64,000 nucleotides of DNA from Bacilli bacterium (GTDB taxonomy: Bacteria > Bacillota_I > Bacilli_A > RFN20 > CAG-826), in assembly GCA_017470115.1 (NCBI GenBank), contig JAFUEZ010000008.1:104-64103 (forward strand), in the 5' to 3' direction. Below are positions 34,825-45,462 of the stretch, one piece after another. The stretch's first letter is position 1; each line of letters begins with the position of its first letter. The notes beneath the pieces are model-generated. The model was not told the origin of the DNA and did not search any database. It saw only the letters and a list, made by a program, of their open reading frames with translations. Position numbers and translations under genes: made by a program.

Positions 34825-36198
34825 ATGGAAGTTGATGGTAAATATATCGTTGGTTTACGTCATAGCAAATTAAGAGATACATCAATATCAGTCTTTTCAT
34901 CTGTAATTTCTGCCTTCATTGGTTTAATTGTTGGCTTCTTACTCATGCTATTTGCAATGATTTTTACAAATGGAGCAAATGCATTTGCTGGATTAGGAAT
35001 TATGTTTGCAGGTCCATTCAATGGAACTTATGTTGCTCTTGAATTTGGAAACATGATTTTCTATTCGGTCCCTATTATTTTTACAGGTTTATCTATAACT
35101 CTTGCTTATAAAACTGGTTTATTTAATATCGGTGCTCCTGGTCAATTCTTTATGGGTACACTTGGATGTTTACTTGTTGCTCTAAATATAAACACTGTTG
35201 GAAATAGATTTTTAGGAATTCTAGTTTGGATATTAGCAATTATAGTCGGCTTAATATTTGGAATGATTTGGGGATCACTTGCTGGTTTACTCAAGGCATT
35301 TTTTGGAATTAATGAAGTTATTGCTTCAATTATGCTCAACTGGATAAGTGCAAATATTGTTACCTGGGTATTTTCTTTAAATAGTTCGATCATTAATTCA
35401 GATGCTGGTAAGAGTGGGTATCTTATTAAAACAGCTCAAACTGGGAATTTTTCCCCATCTTTAGGGTTAGATCAACTCTTTAGTGGAGGAACAAGTAAAT
35501 CTTATCTTGATATAGGTATTATCTTTGCTATTTTGATGTGCGTTATAGTTTGGGTTTTATTGAATAAAACAACAATTGGTTATTCAATGAAAGCTTGTGG
35601 ATCAAATAGAGAAGCAGCAAAATATGCTGGAATAAACGACAAAAAGAATATCATTTTTGCTATGACATTTGCTGGAGGACTTGCTGCTCTTGGTGGATGT
35701 TTCTATTTCTTAAATCCAAATATTGAATTCGCATTTAATTCTGCTTATCAAAATTTACCTGCTTGGGGATTTAATGGAATTCCTGTTGCTTTCTTAGCAA
35801 ATTGTCACCCACTTGGTGTTTTAGTTTCTGCACTTTTTGTTAGATATTTAAATTCTTCAGGAACATATCTCCCTGTTGCAGGTTACAATCAATATTTCGC
35901 TGATATTATCATTGCAGTTATCATTTATCTTTCAGGTTTTACAAGATTCTTTAAAGAAAGAATTGATAGATTCGTTTTACGTAGAGAAGAGAAACGAGCC
36001 CAAGCAAGTAAAGAAATTGAAGGCGTTGTTGCTGAAGTTACAAGCAAAAAAGAACCAAATGCATTTGTTAAGTTTTTTATTAATGCAAAAGATTATGTAG
36101 TGCATTTATTTAATAAGATATTTAAACGTGAAAAGAAGACTAGTGAAAATGAAGTAGTAGTCGAGAAAAAAGAAGAAACTGAAGGAGGAGATAAATAA
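34825..36198 (+). CDS. ABC transporter permease (NupB/RnsC-like) with ~90-aa hydrophilic C-terminal tail
   Basis: Polytopic membrane protein typical of BMP-type uptake systems. Lys/Glu-rich C-terminus. Confidence 0.8.
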   Translation: MEVDGKYIVGLRHSKLRDTSISVFSSVISAFIGLIVGFLLMLFAMIFTNGANAFAGLGIMFAGPFNGTYVALEFGNMIFYSVPIIFTGLSITLAYKTGLFNIGAPGQFFMGTLGCLLVALNINTVGNRFLGILVWILAIIVGLIFGMIWGSLAGLLKAFFGINEVIASIMLNWISANIVTWVFSLNSSIINSDAGKSGYLIKTAQTGNFSPSLGLDQLFSGGTSKSYLDIGIIFAILMCVIVWVLLNKTTIGYSMKACGSNREAAKYAGINDKKNIIFAMTFAGGLAALGGCFYFLNPNIEFAFNSAYQNLPAWGFNGIPVAFLANCHPLGVLVSALFVRYLNSSGTYLPVAGYNQYFADIIIAVIIYLSGFTRFFKERIDRFVLRREEKRAQASKEIEGVVAEVTSKKEPNAFVKFFINAKDYVVHLFNKIFKREKKTSENEVVVEKKEETEGGDK

Positions 36199-37193
36199 TG
36201 GATATATTTGTTATTTTGATACAATCAACCATTCTTTATGCTATTCCTTTGATGGTTGTTGGATTAGGCGGAGTTTTTAGTGAAAGAAGCGGCATCATCA
36301 ATCTTGCTCTTGAAGGTGAAATGATTTTTGGTGCATTCATCGGAGCAATATTTACTAAATTAATTGTTCAAGCAAATCCAGCGCTTGCTACATCTCAATG
36401 GTTATATATTTTAGGAATGTTAATTAGCGCGGCTAGTGGTTCTTTATTCTCATTACTTTTATCATTTAGTGCTATTAAATTTAAAGCTGATCAAACAATT
36501 GGTGGAACAGCATTAAATATGCTTGCTCCAGCTATCGTTTGTACATTTGGTTTATTGATTTTTAGTTCAGAAAAAGTCGTTTCTAATGCTAATTTTGTTA
36601 TCATTTCTTCATCATATGGTCCAGGAATGCAAGCAGCAATGGAAAACGATTTCTTTGGCCCTATTTTAAAAATACTTTTCGATAAGATGTTCATTTCAAC
36701 ATATATTTGTATCGCTATTTTTGTTGTATTAACGTTATGGCTTTATAACAGTAAAATTGGGACTCATTTAAGAGCATGTGGTGAACATCCTCAAGCAGCA
36801 GACTCAGTTGGTATCAATGTTTTTAGAATGAGATATTTAGGCACATCGATTGGTGGAGCTTTAGCTGGTTTAGGTGGATTTGTTTATATTGCAACTTGCG
36901 CCGCTACAACGGCAGAAAGTGGTGTTGCTGGATTAGGTTTCTTAGCTTTAGCAATTATGATTTTTGGAAACTGGAACCCATTATTCATTTCACTTGGAGC
37001 AATTTTGTTTGGTTTCCTTAAATGTTTAGGTGTTTTATACATGCAAATTCCATTCTTAAAAGCCCTTGGTTTACCATTATATTTCTATAATATTGTTCCT
37101 TATGTTGTTGTTTTAATTGTTTTAATCATTACAAGAAAGAAATCTGGTTGTCCTAAAGCTGAAGGTATTCCTTACGATAAAGGAGCTAGATAA
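36198..37193 (+). CDS. ABC transporter permease (NupC/RnsD-like)
   Basis: Polytopic membrane protein. The start overlaps the upstream stop (translational coupling). Confidence 0.8.
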   Translation: MDIFVILIQSTILYAIPLMVVGLGGVFSERSGIINLALEGEMIFGAFIGAIFTKLIVQANPALATSQWLYILGMLISAASGSLFSLLLSFSAIKFKADQTIGGTALNMLAPAIVCTFGLLIFSSEKVVSNANFVIISSSYGPGMQAAMENDFFGPILKILFDKMFISTYICIAIFVVLTLWLYNSKIGTHLRACGEHPQAADSVGINVFRMRYLGTSIGGALAGLGGFVYIATCAATTAESGVAGLGFLALAIMIFGNWNPLFISLGAILFGFLKCLGVLYMQIPFLKALGLPLYFYNIVPYVVVLIVLIITRKKSGCPKAEGIPYDKGAR

Positions 37194-37195
37194 TT

Positions 37196-37861
37196 GTGTC
37201 AAATTATAGAATAATCGACGTAAATAATTGGATTAGAAAAAGCCAATACGAACGGTTTAATTCTTTTAGCAATCCTACTTATGGGTTTTGCGTGAAAATA
37301 GATGTTACTGAAATTGTTAATTATTCTAAGAAAACCAAGACATCTTTCTTTGCAAATTTTTTATATGTAATAATGAGAGTCCAAAATGAGATTGATGCTT
37401 TTAAGTTAAGATGTTTAGGCGATAAAGTCGTTATGTTTGATCAAATTAATCCTGACTTCACGATTAGAACTGACGATGGTTGCTTCAATAATGGCGGTTT
37501 TGAATATACAAGAAATCATCAAGAATTTATTGCTAGATGTAAAAAAGTAATTGAAGAAAAAAGCAAATACGCCAATAAAGATGAATCATATAATGAAGAA
37601 AATGTTTTAGATTTAATTTATTGTTCATGCTTAACAACAATTGACATTGTTAGCATGACACATCCTATAAAAAATAATGATAGAGAATCAAATAGTGTCC
37701 CTCATATATTTTGGGATAAATATATAAAGGTTGATGACAGATATTTTTTAACGCTTAACATGACTGTAAGTCACGCTTTAGTTGATGGTGAGGAATTATC
37801 TAAAGGATTTAATCTAGTAAGAAAATACGCATTAAGTTTTGAAGAAATTATTAATTATTGA
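37196..37861 (+). CDS. Chloramphenicol O-acetyltransferase (CAT) family protein
   Basis: GTG start. IDVNNWIRKSQYERFNSF aligns with CAT DISQWHRKEHFEAFQSV. MTVSHALVDGEELSKGF aligns with the catalytic-His block IQVHHAVCDGFHVGRML. 221 aa, as for type A CATs. Confidence 0.7.
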   Translation: MSNYRIIDVNNWIRKSQYERFNSFSNPTYGFCVKIDVTEIVNYSKKTKTSFFANFLYVIMRVQNEIDAFKLRCLGDKVVMFDQINPDFTIRTDDGCFNNGGFEYTRNHQEFIARCKKVIEEKSKYANKDESYNEENVLDLIYCSCLTTIDIVSMTHPIKNNDRESNSVPHIFWDKYIKVDDRYFLTLNMTVSHALVDGEELSKGFNLVRKYALSFEEIINY

Positions 37862-37964
37862 TTCATTTATAGATAAAAACTTATTGAATTTTTGCAAAAT
37901 AAAAAGCTGCATTTTCCTAAAAATATTGAGGTTTTGCAGCGTTTTTATTAATTTAAATCGAAAA

Positions 37965-38594
37965 CTATTCTTCTTTTTTAGCGACTACAACAACTTTATC
38001 TGGTAATTTGACAAATGTTGTTACGACTTGGAAAACTGCAACTAAGCAAACGATAATTCCAAAGACGATTAATTGAGCTCCAAATTTGATAACTGGATCG
38101 TTACCAACGCAAAGAGCACCAAGTACGATTGCGACAATTGCTACTAAGCAGCCAACGATAAATGCTGGTAATGCTTTGCTCATTTCTTTTGCTTGGATTG
38201 CAAAGACGAATGTAAAAATAGCATCAAGTAAAATGACTGCGCCAATTGTAAGCATTAAATATGGAACAACTGTAATTAAAATTGTGATTAATGCAGCAGC
38301 ATATTTTGCAACAACTAAACTAATACCAAGAGCTAATATTGAAGCACCTGGAATAGCGACTGCAGCGAAACCTTTCTTTGCTAAGATTCCAGCAACTAAA
38401 GCAAGTAAAAGTGATAATGAAGCGGCAATAATAAGTGTGATACCTAAAACAAGTGAGATACCATCTAAAGCATCTGAAGCACTTGCTATATCATTACTGC
38501 CCATGACAGCACCTGCAACAATACATAAAATGCCAACGACTAAGATGATAGCAGCTTGTACCCATTTACCTAAACGTTCTTTAACAAATTGCAT
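37965..38594 (-). CDS. Polytopic membrane protein (possibly DUF308/HdeD-like)
   Basis: The start at MQFVKERLGK is preceded by AAGGAG on the minus strand. About six hydrophobic helices with Gly/Ala/Ile-rich repeats. Confidence 0.5.
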   Translation of the reverse strand: MQFVKERLGKWVQAAIILVVGILCIVAGAVMGSNDIASASDALDGISLVLGITLIIAASLSLLLALVAGILAKKGFAAVAIPGASILALGISLVVAKYAAALITILITVVPYLMLTIGAVILLDAIFTFVFAIQAKEMSKALPAFIVGCLVAIVAIVLGALCVGNDPVIKFGAQLIVFGIIVCLVAVFQVVTTFVKLPDKVVVVAKKEE

Positions 38595-38734
38595 AATTAA
38601 CTCCTTTCCGCACAATATTATAATGCTAGATAGTTTGATTTACTAGAATTTTAATAAATTAAAATTCAAATGTTTTTGAATAAAAATTTTAAATGATAAA
38701 TTAATTAGTAATACAAGGTCATCAATATTAAAAT

Positions 38735-39763
38735 ATGAGTATGAAAGCAAATTTTAGAAATGATTATTCGGTTTTGTGCCACCCACAAATCCTAAAAGCA
38801 CTTGAAAAGTATTCAAGCGAAGTAAATGAAGTCTATGGATTAGATAGACATTCAAAAAGAGCAAAACGTTATATTAGAGAAATTTTTGGCCTTCCAAAAG
38901 CAAAAGTATTTTTTGTTAATGGAGGTACAATGGCTAATTTGTTATTTATTAGCTATGTTTTAAAACCTTATGAAGCAGTAATTGCATGTAAATCAGGCCA
39001 TATTAATGTCCATGAAAGTGGTGCAATTGAAGGTTCTGGTCATAAAATAATTACAAAAGAAGGATTCAATGGAAAATTATATCCAGAAGACATTAAAGAA
39101 GTACTCGATTTCCATGTTGATGAGCATATGGTAAAACCAAAACTCGTTTATATATCAAACTCAACAGAAATTGGGTCAGTATATAGCGCAAAAGAATTAA
39201 GAGATCTTTATAAATTCTGTAAAGAGAATGGACTTTATCTATATATTGATGGTGCTAGACTTGGTGCTGCTTTAACGAGTAAGAATAATGATTTAAAAGC
39301 TATGGAAATTGGAGAAGTATGTGATGCTTTTTCAATTGGCGGAGCAAAAAATGGATTAATTAGTGGTGAAGCTCTAGTAATCAAGGATAAAGACTTAGCT
39401 AGTGATTTTAGATATCACATCAAAAATAAAGGGGCAATGGTTTCAAAAGGTTATTTTTTAGGAATCCAATTTGCTGAATTATTTAAAAACACTTTATATT
39501 TTGATCTTGCAAGAAATTCAAATGATATGGCTTATAAGTTATATAAAGGGTTAGAAGAACTTGGTGTTGATATGCTTCCATTTGAAAGTAATCAGATTTT
39601 TGTAAGAGTTGAGAATAATAAGGTTGATAAACTCGTTGAGTATTTTGGTGTTGAAGTCCGGGCAAAGGGAGAAGAGAGAACTATTCTTAGATTTGTTACA
39701 TCTTTTTCAACTACTTTAAAAGATATTGACGCAGTTATAAAAGTTTTTAAGGATTTTAATTAA
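38735..39763 (+). CDS. ltaE: Low-specificity L-threonine aldolase (PLP-dependent, beta-eliminating lyase family)
   Basis: FVNGGTMANL aligns with the TA LPTGTQANL block. The PLP-lysine region FSIGGAKNG is present. 342 aa. Confidence 0.65.
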   Translation: MSMKANFRNDYSVLCHPQILKALEKYSSEVNEVYGLDRHSKRAKRYIREIFGLPKAKVFFVNGGTMANLLFISYVLKPYEAVIACKSGHINVHESGAIEGSGHKIITKEGFNGKLYPEDIKEVLDFHVDEHMVKPKLVYISNSTEIGSVYSAKELRDLYKFCKENGLYLYIDGARLGAALTSKNNDLKAMEIGEVCDAFSIGGAKNGLISGEALVIKDKDLASDFRYHIKNKGAMVSKGYFLGIQFAELFKNTLYFDLARNSNDMAYKLYKGLEELGVDMLPFESNQIFVRVENNKVDKLVEYFGVEVRAKGEERTILRFVTSFSTTLKDIDAVIKVFKDFN

Positions 39764-39806
39764 TAAATTAAACTTAAATATTAAATACAACTTTTCTTGA
39801 AAATAT

Positions 39807-40811
39807 TTGAGTTCTGCAAGGTTTTTGGTAAAAATTAATTGTTTTAAAAGAGTATTTAACATGATTTATATTATTATTTCATCTATATTAGTGTTCATTA
39901 TATTAGTAGTGCTTATACTATCCTTTATTATATATAGGAAAGCATTTTATAACGATCGCAAAAATAAACCTAAAGCATTTCAGCCAATTTCAAAACCAGA
40001 TTATTTGCCTTTTATGGATCAAATGGTGGCGCTTTTAAATGTAGCTAAAAGCCTTGAATATAAATATGTTTATATAAAATCTTTTGATAAAAAGAAATTA
40101 GCTGCAAAGCTTTATTTACATGATTCAAGTTGCCCTTTTGTCATTGAAGTCCATGGTTATAAAGGCAGTGGAGTGAGAGATTTTAGTGGTGGTTTGACTG
40201 AGTTTTATAATATGGGTTATAACGTTTTACTTATCGACCATAGAGGACATGGTGAATCAGATGGAAGAACGATAACATTCGGAGCAAAAGAATCTAAAGA
40301 TGTTTATAGTTGGATTGAATATTTAAACAAAAATTTTAATGAACCAGAAATTATACTTTATGGGATTTCAATGGGAGGCAATACTGTTTTGAATGTTTCT
40401 AAGATGGATTTAACTAAAAATGTCTTAGCAATAATTGCAGATTGTCCATATTCGACTCCAAAAGATATTGTTTATACCGAAACAAAAAAGCTAGGTTTCA
40501 ACCTTTCTTTAGCAAAACCATTTATAAATTTGGCAGCATTATTATTTGCTCATTTTAGTTTAAATTCTGCTAACGCAGTAGAAGCAGTTAAAGAAAGTAA
40601 AGTTCCAATTTTATTAATTCATGGGAAAGCCGACCTTTTAGTGCCTTATCAAATGAGTGAAAAAATATACGATTCTAATCGAGAAAAAATAGAATTGCTC
40701 TTAGTTGAAGGTGCACCTCATGGATTAAGTTATATTCTTGATAGAGACTTAGTCATTTCAACAATTAATGAGTTTATTGCTAAAGCAAAAGGAAGCAAAG
40801 ATAATAGTTAA
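39807..40811 (+). CDS. Alpha/beta hydrolase with N-terminal membrane anchor
   Basis: GxSxG nucleophile elbow GISMGGN. HGKAD His region. N-terminal transmembrane helix. The true start may be the ATG at 39861 (MIYIIISS). Confidence 0.65.
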   Translation: MSSARFLVKINCFKRVFNMIYIIISSILVFIILVVLILSFIIYRKAFYNDRKNKPKAFQPISKPDYLPFMDQMVALLNVAKSLEYKYVYIKSFDKKKLAAKLYLHDSSCPFVIEVHGYKGSGVRDFSGGLTEFYNMGYNVLLIDHRGHGESDGRTITFGAKESKDVYSWIEYLNKNFNEPEIILYGISMGGNTVLNVSKMDLTKNVLAIIADCPYSTPKDIVYTETKKLGFNLSLAKPFINLAALLFAHFSLNSANAVEAVKESKVPILLIHGKADLLVPYQMSEKIYDSNREKIELLLVEGAPHGLSYILDRDLVISTINEFIAKAKGSKDNS

Positions 40812-40867
40812 TATTTATTACTTAAGACATTTATATTAGAATATTTTAGATTTGGAGGTAAAAAATT

Positions 40868-41422
40868 ATGGCAACATTTATAAAGACTGAAATTGAAGGT
40901 GTCGTGATTATTGATCCAAAAGTATTTGGCGATAATCGTGGATATTTTATGGAAACATATAATGAAAATGAGTTTAAAGCTAATGGCTTAAATTATGTAT
41001 TTGTTCAAGATAATCAATCGAAATCTAAAAAAGGTGTTTTAAGAGGTTTACATTTTCAAAAGACTCATCCACAAGCAAAACTTGTTAGAGTTTTAGAAGG
41101 TGAAGTTTATGATGTTGCTGTTGATTTGAGAAAGAATTCCCCAACTTATGGTAAATATGTTGGAGTAGTACTAAGTGGAGAAAATAAACGTCAATTTATG
41201 ATTCCAAGAGGATTTGCTCATGGATTTGTTGTTTTAAGCGAAACAGCAACCTTCACTTATAAGTGTGATGATTTTTATCATCCAGAAGACGAAGGTGGGC
41301 TAATGTATAATGATCCTGATATTGGAATTGAGTGGCCTCAAATTGATGGTGAAATTTTGCTTTCTGAAAAGGACAAAAAACATCCTTTGCTCAAAGAATC
41401 TAAAATAGAATTTGATTTATAA
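40868..41422 (+). CDS. rmlC: dTDP-4-dehydrorhamnose 3,5-epimerase
   Basis: IDPKVFGDNRGYFMETYNE, GLHFQ and RGFAHGF RmlC motifs. 184 aa. Confidence 0.85.
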   Translation: MATFIKTEIEGVVIIDPKVFGDNRGYFMETYNENEFKANGLNYVFVQDNQSKSKKGVLRGLHFQKTHPQAKLVRVLEGEVYDVAVDLRKNSPTYGKYVGVVLSGENKRQFMIPRGFAHGFVVLSETATFTYKCDDFYHPEDEGGLMYNDPDIGIEWPQIDGEILLSEKDKKHPLLKESKIEFDL

Positions 41423-41430
41423 AAAATATA

Positions 41431-41466
41431 AAAAACCTGCAAAATAATTGAGTTTTGCAGGTTTTT
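41431..41466. terminator. Bidirectional intrinsic terminator (perfect-hairpin copy of the recurrent intergenic motif)
   Basis: AACCTGCAAAA-taattgag-TTTTGCAGGTT flanked by an A-run and a T-run, between convergent genes. Confidence 0.75.
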
Positions 41467-41486
41467 CATAAGGAAGTATTTATTAT

Positions 41487-43460
41487 TTAACTTTGTTTTT
41501 TGTTTCCGACATTTGCTTTTTTCTTTTCCCAAGAATATGAATTACCAGTCTTATTAACATAAGTTGGATCTGGTTTTTCAACTTTCTTAATGTTGATTAA
41601 ATCAGAGAAATCTCCTGATTTTGCCTCGACTTTTAAATCTCCATTAAGAGGAACTTTAAATATAACTTTGTGATCTTTAACTGATTTTTTACCAACAGAC
41701 TTGTCATTAACAAAGAGTTCGACTTCATCTAAATTGGTGTAAACTTTAATTTCAGTTGATTTGCCAACTCTATTAACAAATCTTGAACCACAGAGATGGA
41801 CAAATGGATCTTTTGACCAATATGCTCTATAAATATAGTAAGCATCCTTTTTAATTTTTCTATCAAAAGTAACTAAACCTTTATGGTTCTTTCCTGGGTC
41901 TCCACCTTGGTTACGAGCGTCGGCACCAAAATCATACATGTTCCAAACATATGTTGACCATAAGTAGTCACGTTTTGCAATAATTTTTAATAGTTTTTCA
42001 TGATAGATAGCTTGATATTCTTCAGAGTTATCAAATCTTTTTGGTTTTGCTGAATGTAAATTTGTCATAGCTTCAGCACCATATTCTGATAAACCTAAGC
42101 ATCTCTTTGGGAAGACTGTGTGATAGAATCCAAGTCTTACATGGTTGAGCCAATAGAATGGGACATACCAACCAAAGTAGAAGTTATAAGCAAATAAATC
42201 ACAAACTTTATTTAATTTATTGAATGCACCAATTCCAGCAAATCCAGCTGTGACTGTCATTCTTGAAGGATCAAGTTTTTTAACTAAAACATTCAATTGT
42301 TCATGGAAACCTAATCTATGTTTTTTAACTGCTTTCTTCATAGTAATTTCGTTTGATAAGCATCTGAAGAAAATAGAAGTTCTGTTATATGTTTGATAGA
42401 TGAGTTCTTTCATTTGGAATTCAGCATTTTCATTTGCTTCATCAACGTGAGAAGAAATGTAAGGAATTTCACTCCAAACAACTAAACCTTTTCTATCGCA
42501 AAGTTCATAGACGTATTCATCATGTTGATAGTGAGCAAGTCTAACGCTTGTAGCGCCTAAATCGATGATAATATCGATGTCTTCTTCCATATTTTCATGT
42601 GAAATTGCATTACCAATATGGAGTCTATCTTGGTGTTTTGAAACGCCTCTTAAAGGATAAACTTCTCCATTGAGAATGAAACCTTTCTTAGGATCAACAC
42701 TAAATGTTCTAAAGCCAATTTCTTCATTGATTTGATCAACGACTTCACCATCAAGTACTAAATTTGCTTCAATTTTATATAAATATGGATTTTTAAGACC
42801 ATGCCATCTGATGACGTTAGGAATCTTTATTTCTTCATTTCCTAAACCACTAGCAACTAAATCGCCTTCTTTATCAAATACTTTAACTTCGGTTTTTGCT
42901 TCTTTATTATTGCAATAAGGAGTGACAACTAAAATACCATCATTATCGATAATTTTTGGATCAAGTTGAATGCCTTTAGCTGCATGATAATCTAAATCAA
43001 AATGTGTTTTATTAACAACAATTAAGTTAACATCTCTATAAATTCCACCATAGAAAGTGAAATCTGCTTTTTGAGGATAGATTATTCTTGTATATGCATT
43101 AGAAACTTTAACTTCAAGTTCATTTTCTTCTTCTAAGAATTCGGTGATATTAAAGCAGAAAGCTGAATATCCAGAATGGTGAGAACCAACCAAATGACCA
43201 TTTACAAAAACTTCAGCTTCTTGGTTTACGCCATTAAAACGAATGAAAACTTCTTCATTATCTTTTCTTTCGACTTTAAAATGCTTTTTATAAATGCATT
43301 CACCACGCCAGTAGTCACCGCCGCCGTCTTGTCCGTCTAAACCGTTCCAAGTGTGAGGAACATTAACCTTTTCGATTAAATCAGGGCAATCACACTTAAA
43401 AAATTGCCAATCGTTATTTATATTTATAATACGTCTCATAATTTCATTATAATTTTGCAA
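41487..43460 (-). CDS. Glycoside hydrolase family 2 (beta-glucuronidase/beta-galactosidase-like), cytoplasmic
   Basis: NVPHTWN sugar-binding-domain motif. Acid/base region CLSNEI. Nucleophile region LGLSEYGAEAM. No signal peptide. Adjacent to the hexuronate operon, which suggests beta-glucuronidase. Confidence 0.7.
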   Translation of the reverse strand: MQNYNEIMRRIININNDWQFFKCDCPDLIEKVNVPHTWNGLDGQDGGGDYWRGECIYKKHFKVERKDNEEVFIRFNGVNQEAEVFVNGHLVGSHHSGYSAFCFNITEFLEEENELEVKVSNAYTRIIYPQKADFTFYGGIYRDVNLIVVNKTHFDLDYHAAKGIQLDPKIIDNDGILVVTPYCNNKEAKTEVKVFDKEGDLVASGLGNEEIKIPNVIRWHGLKNPYLYKIEANLVLDGEVVDQINEEIGFRTFSVDPKKGFILNGEVYPLRGVSKHQDRLHIGNAISHENMEEDIDIIIDLGATSVRLAHYQHDEYVYELCDRKGLVVWSEIPYISSHVDEANENAEFQMKELIYQTYNRTSIFFRCLSNEITMKKAVKKHRLGFHEQLNVLVKKLDPSRMTVTAGFAGIGAFNKLNKVCDLFAYNFYFGWYVPFYWLNHVRLGFYHTVFPKRCLGLSEYGAEAMTNLHSAKPKRFDNSEEYQAIYHEKLLKIIAKRDYLWSTYVWNMYDFGADARNQGGDPGKNHKGLVTFDRKIKKDAYYIYRAYWSKDPFVHLCGSRFVNRVGKSTEIKVYTNLDEVELFVNDKSVGKKSVKDHKVIFKVPLNGDLKVEAKSGDFSDLINIKKVEKPDPTYVNKTGNSYSWEKKKANVGNKKQS

Positions 43461-43524
43461 TTTTTGTCATGTAATAGCAATTATTCTTTAAATAGTTTGC
43501 AAATATAGCTTTTAGATTATCAAT

Positions 43525-44334
43525 CTAATGGTTCTTATCTTTTGATGGTGGTGTGCCGATTAACTTAATATAAGTTCTATAGAAAGTTGTATAGTCATCA
43601 AAACCAAATTCCTCAGCAACCTTGGTTGGGTTTTCACCATAAATTATCTGTGTTCTTGAAAGAATTATCTTTTTATTTCTAATATAACTCATGATTGATG
43701 AGTGCATTTTACGCTTAAATTCTTTTGCAATGTACGATGTTGAATAGTTTAAATTTTTAGAAATAATATCAAGAGTTAAATGCTCTTTAATGTGGCTTTC
43801 AATGAAATTGATTATTGAAGCAATCATTGGATCGTTTGTAACGAATTTTGAATTATCAATTTTGGTCAAATTAATAATAATTTCAATTAATTTTGCTTTA
43901 TATAAATGGTATAAATCATTTTCATCGAAATATTTTTGTTCTTTGTAAAGCTCTAATTGTTTAAATAATTTTTCAAATTCGATACAGTTTGGATGGAATG
44001 AAGTAATTGTTTGCATTTTTTCAATAACTTCAACTGGAAAACCTTCATCAGTAAATTTTAAAACATATCTCTCATAAGGTAGATCACGTCTAACGCTTGC
44101 AAAATGATAGTGACCAGGCTTTATAAAAACTATGTCATAATTTGATAAAGAACGTTGCTCATCTTCAACAGTATATTTACATTCACCTTTGATAAAAAAT
44201 AGCATTTCATAAGTAAAATGCATATGTCTTCCATATTCATCTTGAGGAAAATCAGCAAAGCCTTCTTTATGTGCGAAGTCTAAATCTCGAAATTGAAAAT
44301 TGAACATACTACAATTATAATACTTATTATGCAA
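43525..44334 (-). CDS. AraC-family transcriptional regulator (cupin sensor + HTH)
   Basis: C-terminal AraC HTH LTLDIISKNLNYSTSYIAKEFK...YRTYIKLIGTPPS. Divergent from uxuA. Confidence 0.8.
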   Translation of the reverse strand: MHNKYYNCSMFNFQFRDLDFAHKEGFADFPQDEYGRHMHFTYEMLFFIKGECKYTVEDEQRSLSNYDIVFIKPGHYHFASVRRDLPYERYVLKFTDEGFPVEVIEKMQTITSFHPNCIEFEKLFKQLELYKEQKYFDENDLYHLYKAKLIEIIINLTKIDNSKFVTNDPMIASIINFIESHIKEHLTLDIISKNLNYSTSYIAKEFKRKMHSSIMSYIRNKKIILSRTQIIYGENPTKVAEEFGFDDYTTFYRTYIKLIGTPPSKDKNH

Positions 44335-44409
44335 TAAATTTGCAAATTAATTGCAATATTAATTGTGAATTTGCAATTTTATAATTTAAGTAACTGGAGA
44401 ATTTTTGCT

Positions 44410-45459
44410 ATGAAATTAATTTTTAGATGGTATGGCGATAATGACTCAATACCTCTTGATTACATCCGTCAAATTCCAAATATGACTGGTGTTTGTACTG
44501 CATGTTACGATTTTAAACCTGGCGAAGTTTGGGAAGAAAAAAGTTTACTCCATCTTAAAGATGAACTAAATGCGCATGGTTTAGAAATGGAAGTAATTGA
44601 ATCAATACCTGTCAGCGAAAATATTAAATTAAGAAATGACAAATGTGAGAAAGATATTGAAGTTTTTAAACAAAATTTAAGATTATGTGCAAAGGCAGGT
44701 GTCAAAGTTGTCTGTTATAATTTTATGCCTGTTTTTGATTGGTTAAGAACTGACATGCATCATAAAAATGAAGACGGAAGTAATTCATTAGCATATTCAG
44801 CTGATGATTTTGCAAAGATTGATCCAAAACATTTACATCTTCCTGGTTGGGATGAATCATATACAGAAGACGAACTTCAAAATTTGATGTCGATTTATCA
44901 AAAAGTTTCAAAAGAAGAATTGTTTTCAAATTTGATTCACTTCTTAGAAGAAGTAATTCCAGTTTGTGAAGAATGTGATATTAAAATGGCAATTCACCCA
45001 GATGATCCACCATGGGATATTTTTGGTTTGCCACGTGTTGTTTCAACTGAAAGAGATTATGATAGATTATTTGAAGCAATTCCTTCTATATATAATGGAA
45101 TTACATTATGTACAGGAAGTCTAGGCGCTTCAAAACGTAATGATATTTATTCAATGGCTGCAAAATATGCTGCTCAAGGAAGAATACATTTCGCTCATCT
45201 TAGAAATGTATTGTATACTGATGATAAGGATTCATTTGTTGAAATGGGTCACGCCAGTTGCGGTGGAAGTTTAGACCTCGCTAGAGTTGCGAAACTTTTA
45301 GTTGAAAATGGTTTTAATGGATATGTTAGACCAGACCATGGTAGAAATATCTTTGGCGAAAACGAAAAACCTGGTTATGGACTTTACGATAGAGCACTTG
45401 GCGCTGCCTATATTAATGGATTATTTGAAATGGCAGAAAAATTCGGAGGTAAGAAATAA
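44410..45459 (+). CDS. uxuA: Mannonate dehydratase
   Basis: MKLIFRWYGDND and CYNFMPVFDWLRTD align with UxuA. HPDDPPW region. RBS GGAG. Start trimmed from the ORF-track 44365. Confidence 0.85.
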   Translation: MKLIFRWYGDNDSIPLDYIRQIPNMTGVCTACYDFKPGEVWEEKSLLHLKDELNAHGLEMEVIESIPVSENIKLRNDKCEKDIEVFKQNLRLCAKAGVKVVCYNFMPVFDWLRTDMHHKNEDGSNSLAYSADDFAKIDPKHLHLPGWDESYTEDELQNLMSIYQKVSKEELFSNLIHFLEEVIPVCEECDIKMAIHPDDPPWDIFGLPRVVSTERDYDRLFEAIPSIYNGITLCTGSLGASKRNDIYSMAAKYAAQGRIHFAHLRNVLYTDDKDSFVEMGHASCGGSLDLARVAKLLVENGFNGYVRPDHGRNIFGENEKPGYGLYDRALGAAYINGLFEMAEKFGGKK

Positions 45460-45462
45460 CTT

